This document shows, in pieces, positions 57,540 through 64,000 of a stretch of DNA of 64,000 nucleotides (position 1 is the stretch's first letter; the number at the start of each line of letters is the position of its first letter). The position numbers and the translations under genes are program-made. The notes under the pieces are model-generated. The model saw only the letters and a list, made by a program, of their open reading frames with translations, made no database searches and was not told where the DNA came from. This DNA comes from a virus (lineage: Duplodnaviria; Caudoviricetes): IMG/VR virus record IMGVR_UViG_3300012018_000002, positions 1-64,000 of that record; one strand, 5' to 3'.

Positions 57540-57611
57540 TTTCGGGTAACTCAGTGGTAGAGTGCATTCCTGATAAGAATGTGGTCGTAGGTTCAACTCC
57601 TACCCTGAAAA
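57540..57611 (+). tRNA. tRNA-Ile(GAU)
   Basis: CATTC-CTGATAA-GAATG, GTAGG-TTCAACT-CCTAC. Confidence 0.9.
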
Positions 57612-57623
57612 CAAACATAAACT

Positions 57624-57812
57624 ATGAAAATTAAAATTATTATTGAAGGAGAAGAGCTTTCAGAAGTAATAGAATTTACTCATAAAGCATTAATGAATTA
57701 CATTAATCATCCTCCAAATCCACCAATTTTATCAAGTATGGTAAATATGGTATTGTTAGATAAATTTGAAAAACTAACAGAGGACGAGAAAAAAATATTC
57801 AATTTATTATAA
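57624..57812 (+). CDS. Small hypothetical protein
   Basis: 62-aa ORF upstream of the terminase genes. Confidence 0.55.
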   Translation: MKIKIIIEGEELSEVIEFTHKALMNYINHPPNPPILSSMVNMVLLDKFEKLTEDEKKIFNLL

Positions 57813-57815
57813 ACT

Positions 57816-58352
57816 ATGGAAATTTTTAATATTATAAACGATGCTCCAGTCGTAACTCCAGAAGGACTATATATTCCAGAATTAAGAAATATCTGGAATA
57901 GAGATAAAAGTCCACACAAAATAAAAGCACAAGGAGAACTTGCTGCTATTTATCATTTAATTGACCCAAGAAGTTCTTATGCAAAACAACCTGAAGAAGA
58001 AAGACAGAAGTTAGTTGCAATAGATTATATTGGTGATGAAAATTGGATTCCTGACGAAGATATAACACTAGCAATGGAAAAATACAGGATACTTATTATA
58101 GGTCCTGCTATGAGATTTTATTTATCATTAAAAAAGTTACTTGATTCTATATCTGATTATGCTAACAACACAACAGTAAGAGGAGGAAAAGATGGTAACT
58201 TAACACAAGCTTTAGCTGCTATTGAAAAAGGAGAAAAAATTATGTCATCTCTTGAAAAAGCTGAAAAGATTGCCAACAGAGAAATACAAGCTACTGTTGC
58301 AAAACTTAAAGGTAATGCTAAGTTTGGATTTATTCAAGGAGAAAAATTATGA
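57816..58352 (+). CDS. Putative terminase small subunit
   Basis: Helical ORF overlapping the TerL start (RDKS..K..A..EL, DPRS.Y). Confidence 0.6.
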   Translation: MEIFNIINDAPVVTPEGLYIPELRNIWNRDKSPHKIKAQGELAAIYHLIDPRSSYAKQPEEERQKLVAIDYIGDENWIPDEDITLAMEKYRILIIGPAMRFYLSLKKLLDSISDYANNTTVRGGKDGNLTQALAAIEKGEKIMSSLEKAEKIANREIQATVAKLKGNAKFGFIQGEKL

Positions 58353-60589
58353 GGTCAGTAATAGAAGGTATAAGTCCAAAAGTAGCACTAAGATGGAATA
58401 GTATATTAGACGAAATTCCTGACAGTGTAAGACCTAGAGTTTCTGACTTAACAACTAGAAATTCTGTTAGTAATACAGGAATTCCTTATTTTTATTTTAC
58501 AGATAGTTCAGTTTTTACTCCTGCTGCTAATGCATTTAGAGAAAGTGAGAAAAATGCACCTAAAGGAACTACTCCTACATACACACATTATTTAGAAGGA
58601 ACCATTGCCTGGAAACAGTTTTGGAGACAAGAATATGAAAGATGTATTAATGGATATGAACCTGAAATAGATGGTGTTCCTTGTGGTGTTAGAATTACAG
58701 GAGAACACTATTTTTATTTGAATTATTGTAGGATAGTTCAAAAATACGAGGATGAAAAATCAGGTAAGGTAACTAAAAGAGAGGATTTTCCTGAGTTTTT
58801 ATCTATGGACTTTTACTGGTTTCACATGCTTGAAAGAGCAGAAAACCCAGAAAGATTTGGTAGAAGCACATTTGAAAAAAGACATTTAATTATGGCTAAG
58901 GCTCGTAGAAAGGGTTGGTCATATAAAAATGCTGCAGGTGCTGTTTATGTATATTCATTTGTTCCTAATGGTAAGGTAGTAATAGGTTCTCAGTTTGGAG
59001 ATAAAGGTAAGATTACATTTAACATGGCTATGACCATGATTGACTTTATCAACAAACATACAGAATTTGCTCAACCTTGGGTTCAAAGAAGACAAACTAA
59101 AAACGATTGTTTTATTTTATCTGGTGCTGAAGAAGATATAGATGGTGTTAAAACTTATAAAGGTATTAGAACATCTATAGAAACTGTATCCTTTAAAGAT
59201 AGACCAGATGCTGCTGCAGGTCTTTATGCAACTAGATTCTTATTTGAAGAAGCTGGTCAAATTGAACAATTAAAAGCTGCATTTGAGTTTTCTGAACCTA
59301 CACTTAGAGATGGTGATTATCTTACTGGTATAGCTATTATCTATGGAACTGGTGGTGATATGGAGAAGGGTGCTAAAGAATTTAGTGAAATGTTCTACAA
59401 TCCAAAAGACTATGGTTTAATGGAATTTGACAATATCTATGAAGATATAGAGTTATCAGGTAAGTGTGGATGGTTTGTAGATGATATGTGGTTTAGACCT
59501 GGTGAAATTACTATTGAAGATAAATTATACAAAGCTGTAGATGAGAATGGTAATGCACATAGATGGGTAGCTGAATTAACACTAGAAGCAGAAAGAGAAG
59601 TAAAAAGAAAATCATCAAGAGAAACTTACTCTACTTTTGTTACTCAGCGTTGTAAAACTCCTGCAGAAGCTTTCTTAGTAGTTCAAGGTAACGTATTTCC
59701 AGTTGCTGAATTACAGAGTATTTATGCTAGAAAAAGAGCATTAAATGAATTTACATTGTTAGGAAGAAATGGAAAACTAGTAGATACATTAGGTATTCCA
59801 AGATTTGTTCCAGATTTAAGGAATGAATTATATCCTATGGATACTTATCCTTTAAGGTCTCAAGAACATAGTAAAGAAGGATGTGTTGTGCAATATGAAG
59901 CACCAAGAGAAATAGAGGGTTATGTGCAACCAGGTGCTTATGTAGTTTGTATGGACCCTATTGATATTGATAATGAAGGTGCAGAATCTTTGTGTGCTAT
60001 CTATGTTATTAAAACTATGAAGTTTGCTCCTATTATTGGTGGAGATGAAATAGTAATGGAATACGTAGGAAGACCAAAAGAAGATACAATTGATACATGT
60101 AGTAGAATAGCATATTTAATGTGTAAATATTATAATGCTAAATTATCACATGAAAATGATAGAGGTGGTAAATCTGTAGCAGATTACTTTACTAAAAATA
60201 AAGCATATCATATGTTACTTAAACCACCAGCAAGAATGGTTTCTGGACATATTCAAAACTCCAGAACACTGTTAAGAAAAGTAGGTCACTCAATGTCTTC
60301 TCCTCAAATGAAAGAATTAGGAGAAATATATTTAAAGAGATGGTTACTTGCAATTAGAGCAAAAGATAGAGAAGGAAAAGAAATTCGTAACATGGATTTA
60401 ATACCTTCTAAAGGTTTGTTTGAAGAATTAATTATGTATAACAGAGATGGTAATTTTGACCGAGTATCTGCTTTAATGGGAGGAGTTTTACAATTACAAG
60501 AGTTGTTTAACGAGTTCAAAGAAGAGAACGAAGATGAAGAATCAGTAGGTTCTTGGTTTTCAAAAAGAACATCTTATTTTAGAAATTAA
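58349..60589 (+). CDS. terL: Terminase large subunit (crAss-like)
   Basis: ITGEHYFYLNY, KARRKGWSY (Walker A), FEEAG (Walker B), YGTGG, nuclease DP, E.D, GNFDRVSA. Confidence 0.92.
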   Translation: MRSVIEGISPKVALRWNSILDEIPDSVRPRVSDLTTRNSVSNTGIPYFYFTDSSVFTPAANAFRESEKNAPKGTTPTYTHYLEGTIAWKQFWRQEYERCINGYEPEIDGVPCGVRITGEHYFYLNYCRIVQKYEDEKSGKVTKREDFPEFLSMDFYWFHMLERAENPERFGRSTFEKRHLIMAKARRKGWSYKNAAGAVYVYSFVPNGKVVIGSQFGDKGKITFNMAMTMIDFINKHTEFAQPWVQRRQTKNDCFILSGAEEDIDGVKTYKGIRTSIETVSFKDRPDAAAGLYATRFLFEEAGQIEQLKAAFEFSEPTLRDGDYLTGIAIIYGTGGDMEKGAKEFSEMFYNPKDYGLMEFDNIYEDIELSGKCGWFVDDMWFRPGEITIEDKLYKAVDENGNAHRWVAELTLEAEREVKRKSSRETYSTFVTQRCKTPAEAFLVVQGNVFPVAELQSIYARKRALNEFTLLGRNGKLVDTLGIPRFVPDLRNELYPMDTYPLRSQEHSKEGCVVQYEAPREIEGYVQPGAYVVCMDPIDIDNEGAESLCAIYVIKTMKFAPIIGGDEIVMEYVGRPKEDTIDTCSRIAYLMCKYYNAKLSHENDRGGKSVADYFTKNKAYHMLLKPPARMVSGHIQNSRTLLRKVGHSMSSPQMKELGEIYLKRWLLAIRAKDREGKEIRNMDLIPSKGLFEELIMYNRDGNFDRVSALMGGVLQLQELFNEFKEENEDEESVGSWFSKRTSYFRN

Positions 60590-60599
60590 AAAAAATTAA

Positions 60600-63182
60600 A
60601 TGATATTTAACTCATTACCACCGCAGAGAATATCTTTCGCTGCAAAAAATAAACAATGGAGAATTAATTGCATGGATTTTTTATGCACCCAGGCAAATCA
60701 CCATTATCTGCATGATTTTAAAAGAATGTTAGATAATTACAATCTCCATAATAATATTATAAACCAAGAAGAATTCCAAAAGTATTGTGACCCTTTAGGT
60801 TTAGATGCAGGACAAGGTAAAGACTTTGTTCAAGCATTTAATAAAACACACAATAAAATTCAAGTATTAAGAGGTGAAGAATTAAGAAGACCTTGGAATT
60901 TTCATGTAAAAGATTTTTCTCACAATGCAACTAACGAAGTAATAAGAGAAAAACAAAGAGAATATAAGAATTATTTCAAAACTCATATTGAGTTAGAGAT
61001 ACAAAAGCAACAAGCTATTATTGATATTGAAGCTAAATTACAAGCTGGAAAAGTAAATAAAACAGAAGCACAAAGAGCTTATGAGCAAATTTCCCAGTCT
61101 TTAATGGCTAAAGAAAAAGAAGTATTAAATCCTGAAGAAATAGAAAGGAAGTTTAAAAGTTACAAAACATCAAAAGAAAAATTGATGAGTAAACTTCTTA
61201 GAAGTAAAACAGGTGAACTTGCTGTAAAACATAAGAAAAATGAAGCTTTCTTTGATTTAAATGTAGCAGGTATTGAAGCTGTTATGACTACAATTATCAA
61301 TGGTGAACCACAAATAGAAATATTAAATCCATTAGGTGTAGCTTATCATAAATCACCAGAAATACAGTTTTTCCAAGATGGTGATTATGTAGTTTATAAG
61401 AGAGAAATGTCATTAGGACAAATATTAGATTTATATGGTGATGATTTAAGTGATAGAGATTTAAGAGATATTAATGAGAGACTAACTAATATATTTGGAA
61501 CTAATGCTAAAATGATGTCTGCAGATGGAGAATCTCCTTCTCACTGGGACCAATTAAACAGAAGAAGAGGACATGATTATTACTCTATTCAAAGTGTTCC
61601 TTTTACTGGTGGTTATGGACAAGGTAATACAAAAAATAGCTTTTTAGTTGTATATACAGGATTTTGGAAGAGTTATACTCAAGTAGGGTTTTTATCCTAT
61701 ACAGATGATAGAGGTGAAAAACAATCAACTATTGTTCCTGAAGAATTTCCTGTTCCAAAAGAAGCAAGAAAGATAACTTTAAAAGGTGATTTCTATAATA
61801 AGAAAACCAAATATGTATGGGTAGATGAAATAACAGGTTCTACAATGGAACTTATATGGGAATTTATTCCTCAAGTTTGGGAAGGAACTAGAATTGGTCA
61901 AGATAAGTATTTGAATATCAGACCTTATCCTTATTCTAAAATGTCATTAGAAAATCCTTTTAGATGTAAACTTCCTATTTTTGGAACTGCTTTAAATAAT
62001 AGAAACTCTGTTATTACTTCTACAATGGATAGAATGAAACCTTGGCAAAGACTTTACTTATTAGTAATGACTAAGTGGTTAAAGTTAATTGCACAAGATA
62101 AAGGTATCATTCAACTATTAAACTTGTTAATGTTAGATAAGGATATAGGACCAGAGAAAACAATGCAATATGCAATGGACTTAGGTTATTTACCTTATAA
62201 TCCATTAAGTAATACTGAAGCATCAGGTATAGTTCAAAATATGAAAGTATCTGAATCTGTAAATCTTTCTAACATTGCTAACATTAGATATTATACAGAA
62301 ATACTTTCTTTCCTGGAAGCACAGATTGGAGAAGCTGCTGGTATATCTAAACCAAGAGAAGGACAAACAGGCAGTAATACAAACGTAGGTGATAACAGAC
62401 AAGATTTACTACAAAGTGCTGTTATTACAGAACCTCAGTTTGCTGTGCATGACCTTATTTGGGAAGACATATTAAATGAATTAGTATATCTTACTCAAAG
62501 AAATATTGCAGAAAAAGGAGGACAATACTCAAGAGAAATACTTTCAGATGAAGAAATTGCCATAATTGAAATGGATGGTATTGATTTTGTAAATTCTGAT
62601 TTAGGAGTTAGAGTAGCTAATAACGGTGCTGCTAATACAGTGTTAGACCAAATAAAAGCTAATGCACAAGCTCTTATTCAAAATGATAAGATTAATCTTT
62701 CTACATTAATGGAACTATTATCTACTGAAGACTTAGCAGAATGTAAGATGATTGTAAAAGACATAGAAGCAAATATAGCAGCTAGAGAAGAAGCTATGAA
62801 CAATTCTAATCTTGAAAATCAAAGAGCAATTGAAAAAATGAGAGTTGAAGCAAGAGAAGATGAGCAATTACATGAAAAAGAATTACAAGAAATGAAAGAT
62901 GCTGCTGCTCTTGAAAGAGAGTATGTTAAGGCTATAGGAACTGCAACTGCTGCTACTGGTGATATTGATACTGATGATAACACTGTTCCTGATGTGCTTG
63001 AAATAGAAAGATTTAAACAAGAAGCAGAAATATCAAGAAAAGAACATGATTTGAATGAAAGAAAACAAAGACATCAAGAAAAAATAGACACAGAAAAACT
63101 AAGATTAGAAAAAGAAAAAATAGCTTCTCAAGAGAGAATAGCTAAAACTAAAGCAGCTCAAGCAAAAAAGAAAACTACATAA
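60600..63182 (+). CDS. Portal protein (crAss-like)
   Basis: 860 aa directly after TerL; LPPQR, L.GEE..RP, WEGTRIG, G.S..REG, coiled-coil tail. Confidence 0.85.
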   Translation: MIFNSLPPQRISFAAKNKQWRINCMDFLCTQANHHYLHDFKRMLDNYNLHNNIINQEEFQKYCDPLGLDAGQGKDFVQAFNKTHNKIQVLRGEELRRPWNFHVKDFSHNATNEVIREKQREYKNYFKTHIELEIQKQQAIIDIEAKLQAGKVNKTEAQRAYEQISQSLMAKEKEVLNPEEIERKFKSYKTSKEKLMSKLLRSKTGELAVKHKKNEAFFDLNVAGIEAVMTTIINGEPQIEILNPLGVAYHKSPEIQFFQDGDYVVYKREMSLGQILDLYGDDLSDRDLRDINERLTNIFGTNAKMMSADGESPSHWDQLNRRRGHDYYSIQSVPFTGGYGQGNTKNSFLVVYTGFWKSYTQVGFLSYTDDRGEKQSTIVPEEFPVPKEARKITLKGDFYNKKTKYVWVDEITGSTMELIWEFIPQVWEGTRIGQDKYLNIRPYPYSKMSLENPFRCKLPIFGTALNNRNSVITSTMDRMKPWQRLYLLVMTKWLKLIAQDKGIIQLLNLLMLDKDIGPEKTMQYAMDLGYLPYNPLSNTEASGIVQNMKVSESVNLSNIANIRYYTEILSFLEAQIGEAAGISKPREGQTGSNTNVGDNRQDLLQSAVITEPQFAVHDLIWEDILNELVYLTQRNIAEKGGQYSREILSDEEIAIIEMDGIDFVNSDLGVRVANNGAANTVLDQIKANAQALIQNDKINLSTLMELLSTEDLAECKMIVKDIEANIAAREEAMNNSNLENQRAIEKMRVEAREDEQLHEKELQEMKDAAALEREYVKAIGTATAATGDIDTDDNTVPDVLEIERFKQEAEISRKEHDLNERKQRHQEKIDTEKLRLEKEKIASQERIAKTKAAQAKKKTT

Positions 63183-63259
63183 TGCTATAATAAGTTAATG
63201 TGTATTATGAAAACTAGTCGTTTTTGTATAAAAGTTGCAAAAATATCAAAATAATTACA

Positions 63260-63269
63260 TATCTTTACA
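63260..63269 (+). promoter_or_regulatory. -7 box-like late promoter
   Basis: TTGCA about 25 nt upstream, then TATCTTTACA, in the portal/scaffold intergenic region. Confidence 0.5.
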
Positions 63270-63279
63270 ATTCCAAACT

Positions 63280-64000
63280 ATGAGTGAAATAATGAAACTT
63301 CCAGAAATTCCTACATTTAAGGAAACTGAGAACATGAAACTAACAGGCATAATTACTCCAGAGCCTATTGAAGAAACTGCAGAAGAAGTTGCAGCTAGAG
63401 AACAAGAAGAACAAGAAGCAGCTAGATTAGCCGAGGAAGCTGAAAAGCAAAAAACTCCTGGTTATTTAGATGACAATCAAGAGGATAATCAAGATGAACC
63501 AAAAGCTGAAGCTAATTCTATTATTAGTTATGTAAAAGGGTTAATTGATTTAGGTGTTCTAAATACTCCTGAGAATTTTGAAATCAAAAAAGACTTTACA
63601 GAAGCACAACTTCAGGAGTTACTTGATTATGATGCTAAAGCAAGAGATGAAGAATCACAATCTTCTTTTTTATCCAAAATTAAAGACCCAAGAGTTCTCG
63701 AACTTGCAGAGTTTAGTATTAAAGGTGGAGAGTTTGCAGATGCAGAAAGCTTCTTTAAACTACAAAAACAAGAAGAATCATTTGAAAAAATTGATTTGAC
63801 AGTTAGAGAAAATCAAGAACTAATTGTATTAGAAGCATTAAAAAGAAAAGGTATTAACCCTAAAAGGGCTAAAGACATGCTTGATTTAATTGTTGTTAAT
63901 GATGAACTTGAAAGTGAAGCTACTGCCTTAAAAAATGAATTTATAGAAGCTACAAAGCTAGAAAAACAAAAACTTGCTGAAATTGCAGAAAGGTCTAATA
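63280..64000 (+). CDS. Acidic scaffold-like structural protein (partial, runs off the window)
   Basis: Open frame MSEIMKLPEIPTFKETEN...; E/A-rich; follows the portal gene. Confidence 0.65.
   Translation, partial: MSEIMKLPEIPTFKETENMKLTGIITPEPIEETAEEVAAREQEEQEAARLAEEAEKQKTPGYLDDNQEDNQDEPKAEANSIISYVKGLIDLGVLNTPENFEIKKDFTEAQLQELLDYDAKARDEESQSSFLSKIKDPRVLELAEFSIKGGEFADAESFFKLQKQEESFEKIDLTVRENQELIVLEALKRKGINPKRAKDMLDLIVVNDELESEATALKNEFIEATKLEKQKLAEIAERSN

Noticed and set aside
63578-63799. 73-aa ORF in the track
   Set aside because: Alternate frame inside the longer open frame starting at 63280

Overview
This AT-rich 64-kb window is a segment of a large crAss-like (Crassvirales-related) dsDNA phage, probably infecting Bacteroidota (TAnnTTTG/TAyCTTTACA promoter boxes, a Q-rule-like signal peptide). 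It uses the standard genetic code. Bases 1-51.6 kb are almost all on the minus strand and carry: nucleotide metabolism (class II RNR, dUTPase, HD hydrolases, UNG); replication (PolB, primase, DnaB-like and SF2 helicases, exonucleases, resolvase); a four-component ubiquitin-like cassette (Ubl, E2-like, JAB, E1/ThiF); an ABC transporter/OmpA/coiled-coil envelope module; a nicotinamidase-vWA-PP2C-kinase (TerY-P-like) module; and an RNA-rescue island (tmRNA, Ro60/TROVE, several Y-like RNAs, and tRNA-Arg interrupted by a group I intron with an antisense HNH gene). An unannotated protein (31632-32420) is followed by a ~400-nt structured RNA containing a circularly permuted tRNA module. The sparsely coding 46.5-51.2 kb tract holds a candidate hammerhead ribozyme and other structured RNAs. 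From ~52.2 kb the plus strand carries late/packaging genes: HU-like, GroES-like, GroEL, a tRNA cluster, small and large terminase, portal and the start of a scaffold-like gene. All calls come from reading motifs by eye; no searches were run.
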